From positions 1 through 39,069 of IMG/VR virus record IMGVR_UViG_3300006169_000162: a stretch of 39,069 nt of DNA, one strand, 5' to 3'. Source of the stretch: a virus (Duplodnaviria; Caudoviricetes). Numbering within the stretch: position 1 is the stretch's first letter; each line of letters starts with the position of its first letter. This document shows positions 25,384 to 33,975 of this stretch, one piece after another. The notes below the pieces were generated by a model. That model was not told the origin of the DNA, did no database searches, and saw nothing but the letters and a program-made list of their open reading frames with translations. The position numbers and the translations under genes are program-made.

Positions 25384-25866
25384 TCAGTCCCGATCGAGCC
25401 AGGCGAGCAGTTCGTCGGCGATCGCGTCGATGTCGCCGGGGCTGAAGCCGATCTGGCGACGCGCCGGATAGCGCGCGCGGATCTCGCGCCCGCGGCTCGT
25501 CTTGCCGACGAACCCCTCGAGCCCGAAATGATGCTCGGCGGCCACGCGGCCGACGCGCGGGTTGCCATACGACAGCTCGACGCCTTCGGCCGAGGCACGC
25601 ACCCGCAGGTTGCGCGCCTTGGAGATCTCGCGGAACATGCGTCGGCCGCGGCCGGCCTTGTGCCGCTGCTCGCGGTGGCGCTTCTTGCGCGGAGTCATCG
25701 GGCTGCCGTCCGGCTCGACGTTGGCCTGGCTTCTTTCGGCGTTGGATCTGCGGAGCCGTTGGCCGATCTTCTGCGCCACCGCCTTTCGTCGCGCCGGCGA
25801 GATGTCCTGCAGCATGGCCTCGCAATAGTCGGCGAAGTGCTCGAGCGCCGCGCCGGGGTCGCTCAT
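25384..25866 (-). CDS. gpS: Virion morphogenesis/tail completion protein S
   Basis: ISPARRK...LRRSNAER...PDGSPMTPRK, HHFG, YPARRQIGFS. Confidence 0.92.
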   Translation of the reverse strand: MSDPGAALEHFADYCEAMLQDISPARRKAVAQKIGQRLRRSNAERSQANVEPDGSPMTPRKKRHREQRHKAGRGRRMFREISKARNLRVRASAEGVELSYGNPRVGRVAAEHHFGLEGFVGKTSRGREIRARYPARRQIGFSPGDIDAIADELLAWLDRD

Positions 25867-25875
25867 GTCCCTTCT

Positions 25876-25903
25876 CGCGCTACTGCTGCGCTACTTGAGC
25901 GCG
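25876..25903 (-). repeat. Bulged-hairpin repeat copy G
   Basis: CGCGCT-CAA-GTA-GC-GCA-GC-AGT-AGCGCG, starts immediately after the R stop codon. Confidence 0.85.
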
Positions 25904-26395
25904 TCACGGGGCGGGCGCCTGCAGAAGAATATCGCCGGCGATCGTGATCTCGTCGAGTGTCGTCCCGGCCGGCACGTCCGCGAAGGCGGGCTCGAGCTGC
26001 GGCTCGGCGCGATAGACCGGAGCGCCGTCGACCACGTCGACCGCTTCGCTGAGCTCGACCTCGATCTCGATGTCGACCTTCGTCTCGTCGAGCACGTAGA
26101 CCTGGAAGCTGAAGGCCGTGTCGCCAGCACGGTGGTTTTGCAGCAGCTCGGGCTGCGCGACCCGGACCCAGTCGAGCACGGCGAGCGCGAGGCGGTTGGG
26201 ATCGCCGTCGAAGTCCATGACGCTGGCCGTGAGAGTGTAGCGCCACTCGAAGCCGGTGGCGGCGGCGGCGCCGGCGGGCCCGGCGCGCGCAGCGATGCGC
26301 CCCTTCTCGATGAAGACCGCCAGCGATTGCGGGTTGCGCTCGAGGTCGGGGAAGGCGGCGACGATCGCGGCGCGGAAGGAATCGTGCTTGCGCAT
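25904..26395 (-). CDS. gpR: Tail completion protein R
   Basis: MRKHDSFRAAI, NPQSLAVFIEKG, FEWRYTL...DFDGD, QPELL. Confidence 0.92.
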   Translation of the reverse strand: MRKHDSFRAAIVAAFPDLERNPQSLAVFIEKGRIAARAGPAGAAAATGFEWRYTLTASVMDFDGDPNRLALAVLDWVRVAQPELLQNHRAGDTAFSFQVYVLDETKVDIEIEVELSEAVDVVDGAPVYRAEPQLEPAFADVPAGTTLDEITIAGDILLQAPAP

Positions 26396-26400
26396 CCCGG

Positions 26401-27030
26401 CTACCTCCCGGTGGTCGGCCGGCTCGCTTCCTCGAGCTCGAGCGCGAGCGAGCGGCCAGCCTCGGCCTTGACGGTGTTGATGGTGCAGATCCTTACGTCG
26501 TCGGCCGTGACGACAACCAGGCGGCCATCGGGGCCTCTATCACCAGCAGGACGGCCTTGGTCATCCAGCTGGGCCGTTCCACCGGCTCCTTGAGCACTTC
26601 CGGCGCCGTGATCTCCGGCGGCGGCAACGGGTCGGCCGATCGGACTTCCACCTGCCTGGGCCCACAGGCCGCCAGCAGCAATGAAATGCTCAGCGCGAGC
26701 GAGCTCGCCCGCAATGTCGACTTGCGCATGATCGTCGATCCTTTCCGCCAGCTGGCGATACGATGTCTCGGTCGCGGCCTTCGCCGCCGCCGCCTTCGCG
26801 TTGGCGAGCTCCGCGCGCTCGGCCACGAGTTCGACCGCGCGCTCGGAGATTTTCGCACGCGTTTTCCAGCCCTTCACCTCGACGAGCTCGATCCCGAAAA
26901 CCTCGAGGTGCAGGCCCTGGATGCGGTATTCCTCGATCGCGATCGTCGCCGCCCAGGCGAGCAGGATCGCTCCGGTCAGCCCGATCTGGCCGGCGATGGC
27001 GGCGGCAAGCCGTTGCAAATTCGCAATCAT
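26401..27030 (-). CDS. Rz-like inner-membrane spanin
   Basis: N-terminal TM, Ala-rich coiled coil, C-terminal DDVRICT; follows endolysin. Confidence 0.7.
   Translation of the reverse strand: MIANLQRLAAAIAGQIGLTGAILLAWAATIAIEEYRIQGLHLEVFGIELVEVKGWKTRAKISERAVELVAERAELANAKAAAAKAATETSYRQLAERIDDHAQVDIAGELARAEHFIAAGGLWAQAGGSPIGRPVAAAGDHGAGSAQGAGGTAQLDDQGRPAGDRGPDGRLVVVTADDVRICTINTVKAEAGRSLALELEEASRPTTGR
26493..26729 (-). CDS. Rz1-like outer-membrane lipoprotein spanin embedded in Rz, 78 aa
   Basis: MRKSTLR...SLLLAAC lipobox followed by a Pro-rich segment, in a shifted frame inside Rz. Confidence 0.6.
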   Translation of the reverse strand: MRKSTLRASSLALSISLLLAACGPRQVEVRSADPLPPPEITAPEVLKEPVERPSWMTKAVLLVIEAPMAAWLSSRPTT

Positions 27031-27090
27031 CAGACACCGCTCCCCCGGCCGCAGAGATACATCGCCACGGCGAGCGCGAGCAGGCCAAGC

Positions 27091-27582
27091 TCACGCATCG
27101 CGCGCGTCATCGAGACAAAGCCTGATTTCGGCCGCACGGCGATTGACCAGGCCCTGCAGCTTGCGGCCGCCGGCGTAGACGTAGCGGCCGAGGAAACGGC
27201 AAGCCTCGGCCTGCTTGCCCTCGGCGAACAGCCGGGCAACGCTCGACTTGCCATAGGTGCCAAGCCCGACGTTGTAGGCGAAGCTCGTGTGCGCGGCCCA
27301 CTGGTGCGGGTATTCGGCGATCGCCGGGTTGCGAATCCGCACGCCCTCCATGAATTCGGCGGCGCCGGCCTGCAGCATGGCCGTGCATTCGGCGTCGCTG
27401 TATCGCCGCATCGGCACGCGCGTCTCCCCGTAGCAGACCGTCAGGATGCCGATCGGATCGCGGTACGGGTCGTTGCGCTTGCCTTCCCACGGCGCGATCG
27501 TCGCGACGGCGAGCGCGGCCGCGGCGAGGACCGATCCGACCAGGCCGGCCTTGCCGGTCGCGACGCGAGGGACGTCAGACAT
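27091..27582 (-). CDS. GH24 lysozyme (probable SAR endolysin), 163 aa
   Basis: Gly/Ala-rich N-terminal segment, WEG...PYRDPIGILTVCYGET (E-D-T triad), SFAYNVG, GLVNRRAAE. Confidence 0.95.
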   Translation of the reverse strand: MSDVPRVATGKAGLVGSVLAAAALAVATIAPWEGKRNDPYRDPIGILTVCYGETRVPMRRYSDAECTAMLQAGAAEFMEGVRIRNPAIAEYPHQWAAHTSFAYNVGLGTYGKSSVARLFAEGKQAEACRFLGRYVYAGGRKLQGLVNRRAAEIRLCLDDARDA

Positions 27583-27799
27583 CGGTCGCGCCCTTCTTCG
27601 CCCGGACTTCGCGGGCCCACTTCCAAAGGAGGTAGGCCGCCTGAAGTGCGATGTAGGCAAGGGTTGCGATGGCCACCCACTTCTCGAGCGGAATGCCCGC
27701 GAGCATGGCCGCGGTCACCGCGATCGGCGGGCTCGACTTGCCGACCGCGAACGCGGTCTCGGCGGTGTGTTGCGAGGGCAGGGTCGCGGAAGCCATCAT
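27575..27799 (-). CDS. Holin
   Basis: Small membrane protein before endolysin; LEKWVAIATLAYIALQAAYLLWKW then basic tail. Confidence 0.85.
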   Translation of the reverse strand: MMASATLPSQHTAETAFAVGKSSPPIAVTAAMLAGIPLEKWVAIATLAYIALQAAYLLWKWAREVRAKKGATDV

Positions 27800-27800
27800 G

Positions 27801-28016
27801 TCAATTCCAGAGCTGCACGGTTTCGAGGACCGGCACGGCATCCGCGGGCAGCGTGTCGGGGAGGGTGACTTCGGTTCCGCGCGCGATCGTCGCGCCGGCA
27901 TCGGCGAGGCCGGGGTTGAGCTCGAGCGTCTGCTCGACCACGCCGCCGGCCGTCGTGCCGAGCTCGCGCCAACAAAGCAGGTCGAGCGTGTCGCCGTCCT
28001 GGGCCTCGACCCGCAT
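27801..28016 (-). CDS. gpX: Tail protein X
   Basis: AQDGDTLDLLCWR...VVEQTLELNPGLA...ETVQLWN; start ATG 28016. Confidence 0.95.
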   Translation of the reverse strand: MRVEAQDGDTLDLLCWRELGTTAGGVVEQTLELNPGLADAGATIARGTEVTLPDTLPADAVPVLETVQLWN

Positions 28017-28492
28017 CAGATCAGCTCCACGCTGGTGCGGGTCACCCCGAGAATGTCGCGGATCGCATGCGTCGCGGCGCGGCGCAGCTCGTCGGCCGCG
28101 CTCACCTCGTCGGCGTTCCGCTCGCGGCCGTCGCCCGTGGCGCTGACGTCGTTGTGGGTTTCGGCCAGCTCCGATGCGGCCATGCAGCAGACCGCGCGCA
28201 CGTATAGCAGTTCGGCGGCGCTGGCGCCGTCGATCTCTTCGTCGTCGACGTCGGCGAGCGATGCCACGCCGTCGGCGACGTGGCCGGCTTTCCACGCCCT
28301 GAGTTCCCGCCGCGCGTAGACCATGCCGGCGCGCAGGCCGTCGCGGACGCGCATATCGCTGACGGCCTTCGCGATGCCGTAGGCATCACGAAACTGCGCG
28401 ATCGAGACGCCCGGATAGAAGTCGTCGCCGGCGACGAGGTCTTCGGGATCGTCCGGCTCGCTGGCGGTGGAAGGCTGCGCGACGAAACCCAA
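28016..28492 (-). CDS. gpL: Head completion/stabilisation protein L
   Basis: DDFYPGVS, LYVRAV, AIRDILG..RTSVELI; probable TTG start 28492 with GGAG RBS. Confidence 0.9.
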   Translation of the reverse strand: MGFVAQPSTASEPDDPEDLVAGDDFYPGVSIAQFRDAYGIAKAVSDMRVRDGLRAGMVYARRELRAWKAGHVADGVASLADVDDEEIDGASAAELLYVRAVCCMAASELAETHNDVSATGDGRERNADEVSAADELRRAATHAIRDILGVTRTSVELI

Positions 28493-28511
28493 AGGATACT
28501 CCAAGCCTTGA

Positions 28512-28564
28512 GCGCTCAAGAGCGCGGTTGCGAAGCACTGCCGCAGGCAGAACCGCGGTAGCGC
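28512..28564 (+). repeat. Extended (branched) copy H of the bulged-hairpin repeat
   Basis: GCGCT-CAA-GAG-CGCGGTT-[GCGAAGC]-A-[CTGCC-GCA-GGCAG]-AACCGCG-GT-AGCGC. Confidence 0.7.
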
Positions 28565-28694
28565 CGACGAGATTTTCGGGGGGTGGGGAAGCGCGAGAGG
28601 AACGCGGTGGGCGGGACTTGCCCGCTCCGGCCTTCGTCTTCCGCCCCCCGAGCGCCGCGGGGCGAGATGGTCTGGCCGGTTGCCCGGCCGAAAG

Positions 28695-29507
28695 TCATTC
28701 GGGCGGCTCGGCGCCGAGATCTCGGAGCTGACGCTCGCGCTGTTCGATCATCTTCTTGACGCCGGCGTTGGAATCGAGCTGCAGCGCGCGCTTGAAGCGG
28801 CCGAGCGCGGTTGCCACGGCGGCGCGAATGCCGCCGGCCGGGCCCTGGTCGCCGGCATCGGCAGCGACCGCGAGATCCGCAGCGCGCAGGATAACCTCGC
28901 CGATCGCGCGCTCGAGCTTGGCGCGCACCTGGTCGGGCATGTCCTCTTCGGCCGTCAGTTCGGCGATCGTCTGCAGGGGCGCGAGCGCCGGCGCGCTGCT
29001 CTCGTCGAGCTTGAGCACCTTCATCGCCGTTTCGGCGAATTCCTCGGCGATCATGCAGCCGGCGGTGCGCTCGAAGCGCGACGGCAGTTCCATGCCGTGG
29101 CCGATGACAACGGCCGCGCGGGGCAGGGCGCGATCGGCGTCGGCGCAGTCGATCGCCCAGATCATGGTTCGGACGAGAACGTCGTCGGTTTCGATCCGCT
29201 TGCCCTCGTCCTTGGCTGCGGCGGCTGCCTCGAGCACGCCGACACACCAGTCGTCGTACTTGGGAAGGAGCTCGGCCTTGCGCTCGATCTTCTTCTCGAT
29301 CGACTGGATCTCCGACAGCGCGCGGAGATCTTCGCCGAGCTCGGCGCGCCTGAGGTCGTACTCGGACACGGCGCGCGAGTTCTGGCCGCCTTGCGGGACG
29401 AGGGGCGCGCGACGGGCAAGACCGGCCTTCGCTTCGGGCGAAGCCGAGGCGGCGGCGTTCTGCCGGGCCATCATCCTTGCCTTGTGGCGCATCGCCAGAC
29501 TGGTCAT
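28695..29507 (-). CDS. gpM: Terminase small/endonuclease subunit M
   Basis: LSEIQSIEKKIERKAELLPKY, DDVL..TMIWAID, DMPDQVRAKL, AGVKKMIE. Confidence 0.95.
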   Translation of the reverse strand: MTSLAMRHKARMMARQNAAASASPEAKAGLARRAPLVPQGGQNSRAVSEYDLRRAELGEDLRALSEIQSIEKKIERKAELLPKYDDWCVGVLEAAAAAKDEGKRIETDDVLVRTMIWAIDCADADRALPRAAVVIGHGMELPSRFERTAGCMIAEEFAETAMKVLKLDESSAPALAPLQTIAELTAEEDMPDQVRAKLERAIGEVILRAADLAVAADAGDQGPAGGIRAAVATALGRFKRALQLDSNAGVKKMIEQRERQLRDLGAEPPE

Positions 29508-29563
29508 CGCACGTCCTTCGTTGCGCCGCCGCCTTGCGGTTGCCGTCGCGCGGGCTTCAGGTC

Positions 29564-29591
29564 GGCCGGCGGCTCGCGGAAGCCGCCGGCC
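29564..29591. terminator. GC-rich hairpin after the major capsid gene
   Basis: GGCCGGCGGCT-CGCGGA-AGCCGCCGGCC; no strong U-tract. Confidence 0.45.
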
Positions 29592-29607
29592 TGTTCAGGT
29601 GTCGGCG

Positions 29608-30738
29608 TTAGGGAGCCGGGCGAGCCGGCGCGCCGCCGATGACGATATTCTCGACCAGGACCACGAGCTCGTAGTCTTCGACGACATAGTCCTCGTTGAC
29701 GCTCTCGTAGTTGGCGATGCGATCGTATTCGGGCTCGTCCTTCAGCATCCGGCGGCGGGTCTCTTCCTGCCAGTAGATGCTCAGGTTATCGAGCCGGGTG
29801 ATCAGGATCGCGTCGGCCGGGAAGAACGGCACCATCACCGGCGGCAAGCCGCCGATCAGCTTCTGCGAGCGCAGGATGCGATCGGTCGCTTCGACCTCGG
29901 TCGCGGTGGCGCCGGTCTGCTGGGCGATGTTGAAGTACTTGTCGTCGACCAGGTCGCGGCCGACGATGACGACGAGGTCGGTGTCGCCGGCGTGCCAATC
30001 GGGCAGCAGGCGCTTGGAGTCGATCACGAGCGCATCGAGCGAGCTGTAGTCGGCATCGGCGCTGGCCGATCCGCCCGTGGCGTTGTAGGCCGCGTTGGCG
30101 TCGAACAGTTCCACGCCGGCCTTGACGTAGATCGCCTTGAGCGCGGCGTTGTTGGTGCCGTCGGTCTTGACCGTCAGCGAGCCGTCGTCGAGCACCTGCT
30201 CCGGTGCCCGGTCGCGGATCTTGAACAGCCAACCTTCGTTGACGTCCTGCAGCAGCGGGTTTGCGACGCGGTCGGTCGCAACCGCGATGGAGGTGCCATT
30301 CCAACCGATCATGATCCGGTCACGGCCCTGCTGGCTGAGGATCGCGTCGCGGAGCTTGGTCTCGAAGTCTGGCCGATGGCGCCATGCATCGATCGCCGCG
30401 TAGCTGCGGGCCCAGTCGAAGTTCGTCTGAGTGCAGTCGTAGGTGTTGATCTCGGAATTGCCGGTCGGATCGGTCGGATCGCGCCGGTTGCCCGCGGCCG
30501 TGTTGACGCGGCCAGCGATCGTGCGCGTCGCCTCGAGCCCCAGCGTCTGGCCCTTTTGCTGGGTGACCGGGACGAGGTTGATTTGCTGAAGGAACTCGGA
30601 CGATTCCTTCATCCGCTCCTCGAGCTTCTGCTCGATGGCCGGGTCGACCGCGAACTTCACGGATGCATTCGGCACGCCGTTAAGCTCCGCGATGTTCGAG
30701 ACATAGTCGTTGAAGAGGAGACGGGTTTCGTTGCGCAT
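29608..30738 (-). CDS. gpN: Major capsid protein, P2 family
   Basis: MRNETRLLF, DRIMIGWNG, NPLLQDVNEGWL, LDNLSIYWQ, NEDYVVEDY. Confidence 0.98.
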   Translation of the reverse strand: MRNETRLLFNDYVSNIAELNGVPNASVKFAVDPAIEQKLEERMKESSEFLQQINLVPVTQQKGQTLGLEATRTIAGRVNTAAGNRRDPTDPTGNSEINTYDCTQTNFDWARSYAAIDAWRHRPDFETKLRDAILSQQGRDRIMIGWNGTSIAVATDRVANPLLQDVNEGWLFKIRDRAPEQVLDDGSLTVKTDGTNNAALKAIYVKAGVELFDANAAYNATGGSASADADYSSLDALVIDSKRLLPDWHAGDTDLVVIVGRDLVDDKYFNIAQQTGATATEVEATDRILRSQKLIGGLPPVMVPFFPADAILITRLDNLSIYWQEETRRRMLKDEPEYDRIANYESVNEDYVVEDYELVVLVENIVIGGAPARPAP

Positions 30739-30806
30739 CGCGGGGATCCTGTGGGTTTACTGGCGGGACGTGATCGGTTGACGTGGATGGGTGTTGCGGT
30801 TGACGA

Positions 30807-31694
30807 TCAGCAGTCGGTCTTGGCGTAGTTCTGCTTGCCGCCGGCGGCCGCCGGGCGCTTCGGCGCCGAGCCTTCGGTGTTCTCGACCGAGGCCTTCAGC
30901 GTGTTGTGGTCGGCCTGCAGCTTGTCGAGGCGGCCGGTGAATTCCTCGCCCTGCTTGGCGATCGCGGCCGAAAGCTTCTCGAAGCCCTGGCCGATCGCGG
31001 CGGAGAGGTTGTCGTTCGCCGGCGTCGGCGGCGTCTCGACGGCGGTCGGAGACGGGGCGGGCGCGGGCGTCGGCTCGGGCGTCTTGCTGAAGCTCTTGAA
31101 GAACTCGGTCGCAGCCGCGAACATCGCCGCCGCGCCGCCTTCGGCCGGGGCCTTCGCCTCGTCAAATTCGAGGCCCTCGATCTCCTGCGCAGCCGAGAAG
31201 AAGTTGCCCTTTTCGATCTTGCGCGACGCGAACAGACTTTCCTTGCCGGCCTTCACCTGGCCGGCGGCGAATTCCATGATCTCCGTGCCGAGCGACGCCG
31301 GGCTGTCGGTCACGGCCAGGCCCTGCAGGTAGGCCTTTCCGGTCTGGGCGAAGACCGGGTTCACCTCCATTGAGCTGAACAGCTTTTGGCCCTTCGCCTG
31401 CACGGCGAGCAAGTTGTCGAGCGCGTCGACCTGAGCGAACAGGCCGAGCTTCTTGACCGGCTTGCCGCCGAGCTGCAGTTCCACGTCGCGCGTCTCGAGC
31501 GCGACGACATCGCCGTAGGCGTTGAACGGCGGCTCGGCGCTGAAGCCGCGGATATGTTCCATGTTGAGGCGAGCGGTGTAGGTCTTCGTGTCGTAGGTCG
31601 CAGCCATGTCGACGAGATCCTGGCGCTCGATCGTGCGGCCGTCGCAGGTGGCGCCTTCGACGCCGATGCAGAAGAATTTCGAACGCTTGGCCAT
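30807..31694 (-). CDS. gpO: Capsid scaffolding protein/protease O
   Basis: SKFFCIGVEGATCDGR, NMEH, YLQGLAVTDSPASLGTE, C-terminal TDC. Confidence 0.97.
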   Translation of the reverse strand: MAKRSKFFCIGVEGATCDGRTIERQDLVDMAATYDTKTYTARLNMEHIRGFSAEPPFNAYGDVVALETRDVELQLGGKPVKKLGLFAQVDALDNLLAVQAKGQKLFSSMEVNPVFAQTGKAYLQGLAVTDSPASLGTEIMEFAAGQVKAGKESLFASRKIEKGNFFSAAQEIEGLEFDEAKAPAEGGAAAMFAAATEFFKSFSKTPEPTPAPAPSPTAVETPPTPANDNLSAAIGQGFEKLSAAIAKQGEEFTGRLDKLQADHNTLKASVENTEGSAPKRPAAAGGKQNYAKTDC

Positions 31695-31839
31695 GACGTC
31701 TCCGGCTCCGTTTCAAGGTGACCCCGGCCGGGGACTGCTCGGCCGGGGTCGAGGCATCGGCGAGAGGGAGAGGGGAGGTCCCGCCGAACTCGATCGCGTG
31801 TGAAAAGGGACGAGCAGGGCCGTTCGCTCAAGCCGGGGC

Positions 31840-31865
31840 TGTTGTATCGGCGGGCCGTTACAACA
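31840..31865. promoter_or_regulatory. Late promoter activator (Ogr) box between divergent O and P operons
   Basis: TGTTGTATCGGCGGGCCGTTACAACA, one mismatch to the other two copies. Confidence 0.85.
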
Positions 31866-31909
31866 CCGGCGGCGCGCGATGACGGCGCGGACCCGGTTAG
31901 CTGGCGCCC

Positions 31910-32149
31910 ATGATCGGCGCGCTTCGCAAGATGACGATCCAGACGTGGGATGGCCCGCTGCCCGGCTTCGGTGACGTGATGTTCACCGCGGCCGGCAGCC
32001 GCTACATCGTGCAAGCGATCCGGCCGACGCGCGGCGCGGCGCCGAAGAGCGTGGCCAAGGCGCTGCTGGTCAAGCTCGCGCCGGACGATCCTGAGCCCGA
32101 AGGCGCCCTCCGCTTCCAATTCCACTGGTGCTCGAGGGATCGGAAGTGA
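31910..32149 (+). CDS. Hypothetical protein preceding terminase
   Basis: Stop overlaps the terminase GTG start (GTGA). Confidence 0.6.
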   Translation: MIGALRKMTIQTWDGPLPGFGDVMFTAAGSRYIVQAIRPTRGAAPKSVAKALLVKLAPDDPEPEGALRFQFHWCSRDRK

Positions 32150-33975
32150 TCCTCGCACCGCTCGAGCGGCCGCATTACGCCGATGTCCGCCGCGAGGCGC
32201 GCAGCCTGTACTGGCGCGGCTACGGCGTGACGGAGATCGCCGACGAGCTCGAGCGGATCGGCGTGCGCCACGAGGGCGGCAAGCCGATCCCGCGCGCGAC
32301 GATCGCCAGCTGGGCCCGGCGCGAGAAGTGGGAGGAAGCGCCGCCGCTGCGCGCCGCCGAGGAATCGGTCCTCGTGCGCTACCAGCAGCTTGTCGCCAAG
32401 GAAGAGAAGACCGGGAAGGACTTCAAGGAGATCGACCTGCTCGGCCGGCAGATCGAGCGCTTCGAGCGGTGCCGCAAGTACCGCGACAGCGGCAACGAGG
32501 CCGATCTTAATCCCAACGTCGCCAACCGCAACGCCGGGCCCAAGAAGCCGAAGCGGCCGAACCTGATCGATGCCGAAATGGCGGCCGCGCTGGTCGCCAG
32601 CTTCCACGAGGAGAACTTCGACTATCAGCGGGACTGGTGGAAGGCGTCGACCCTCCGCACCCGTTTCATCCTCAAGAGCCGGCAGATCGGCGCGACCTGG
32701 TACTTCGCCCGCGAGGCGCTGGTCGACGCGCTCGAGACCGGGCGCAACCAGATCTTCCTGTCGGCCTCTCGCCGCCAGGCGGAGATCTTCCGCCGCTACA
32801 TCATCGAATGGGTATTCCGCGTCACCGGCGTGCAGCTGAAGGGCGAGCACCTGCTGATCGACCGCGGCGACGACGAGGAAGGCAAGCCGCTCGAGCGGCC
32901 GACGATCTTCTTCCTCGGCGCCAATTTCCGCACCGCCCAGGGCGAGCACGGCAACTTCTACTACGACGAATGCTTCTGGGCGCAGGACTTCGAGCGGATC
33001 GACGAAGTCGCCAGCGGCATGGCGAGCCAGCGGCGCTACCGCGAGACGTACTTCTCTACCCCGTCGACCACCAGCCACGGCGCGCACAAGAAATGGTCGG
33101 GCGAATGGTTCAACGAAGGCAAGCCAAAAGCCGACTGGACGAAGATCGAGGCCTACACGCCCGAGCAGCTGCAGGCGGGCGTGCTGTGCGACGACGGGAT
33201 CTGGCGGCAGATCGTGTCGATCGAGGACGCGGCCGCTGGCGGCTGCGACCTGTTCGACGTCGCCGAGCTCCGCCGCCGCAAGGCGCCCGAGGTCTTCGAC
33301 AACCTCTACCTCTGCAAGTTCGTCGACGACACGCAGTCGGCTTTCCCGATGGCGCTGATGAACCGCTGCCGCGTCGACAGCTTCACCGCGTGGAAGGACT
33401 TCGACGGCTACGCGCTGCGCCCTTACGCCGGCGAGGTCGCGATCGGCTACGATCCGCAGGAAAGCGCCCAAGGCGACGACGCGGCGCTGGTCGTGGTCGC
33501 CCTGCCGACGAAGGCGGGCGGCAAGTACCGTGTGCTCGATAAGCGGCGGCTGCGCGGCGACTTCGAGATCCAGGCGGCCGCGATCTTCGATGCGATGGCC
33601 AAGTACAACGTCGTCGACGTCGCGATCGACAAGAGCGGGGTCGGCGCCGCGGTCTATCAGCTGGTGCTGAAGCGATTCCCGCTGACGCGCGGCTTCGAAT
33701 ATTCGGCGCCGCTGAAGAACCTCATGGTGCTGAAGGCGAAGAACGTGATCCGCGCCGGCCGGCTCGAGTACGACGCCGGCGACAAGGACATCACCGCCAG
33801 CTTCCTGTCGATCCGGCCGAAGCTGACCAAGAGCCAGCAGCAGCTGACCTACGTCGCCGATCGGCGGTCCGACACGGGCCATGCCGACGTCGCCTGGGCA
33901 ATCATGCACGTGCTGTTCAACGAGAGCCTCGATGGCGAGCTCGGGGGCGCGAAATCCTCACTGGAGATCTTCTGA
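32146..33975 (+). CDS. gpP: Terminase large (ATPase) subunit P
   Basis: ARSLYWRG HTH, ILKSRQIGATWYFAREAL, YDECFW, FSTPS, IGYDP, GHADVAWA. Confidence 0.98.
   Translation: MILAPLERPHYADVRREARSLYWRGYGVTEIADELERIGVRHEGGKPIPRATIASWARREKWEEAPPLRAAEESVLVRYQQLVAKEEKTGKDFKEIDLLGRQIERFERCRKYRDSGNEADLNPNVANRNAGPKKPKRPNLIDAEMAAALVASFHEENFDYQRDWWKASTLRTRFILKSRQIGATWYFAREALVDALETGRNQIFLSASRRQAEIFRRYIIEWVFRVTGVQLKGEHLLIDRGDDEEGKPLERPTIFFLGANFRTAQGEHGNFYYDECFWAQDFERIDEVASGMASQRRYRETYFSTPSTTSHGAHKKWSGEWFNEGKPKADWTKIEAYTPEQLQAGVLCDDGIWRQIVSIEDAAAGGCDLFDVAELRRRKAPEVFDNLYLCKFVDDTQSAFPMALMNRCRVDSFTAWKDFDGYALRPYAGEVAIGYDPQESAQGDDAALVVVALPTKAGGKYRVLDKRRLRGDFEIQAAAIFDAMAKYNVVDVAIDKSGVGAAVYQLVLKRFPLTRGFEYSAPLKNLMVLKAKNVIRAGRLEYDAGDKDITASFLSIRPKLTKSQQQLTYVADRRSDTGHADVAWAIMHVLFNESLDGELGGAKSSLEIF

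Noticed and set aside
27030-27110. 22-26-aa hydrophobic ORF between endolysin and Rz
   Set aside because: Coupled to Rz but too short to support without conservation data
13031-28564. Hairpin repeats as a CRISPR array or simple terminators
   Set aside because: Dispersed, no regular spacers or cas genes; no U-tracts, and they sit inside operons
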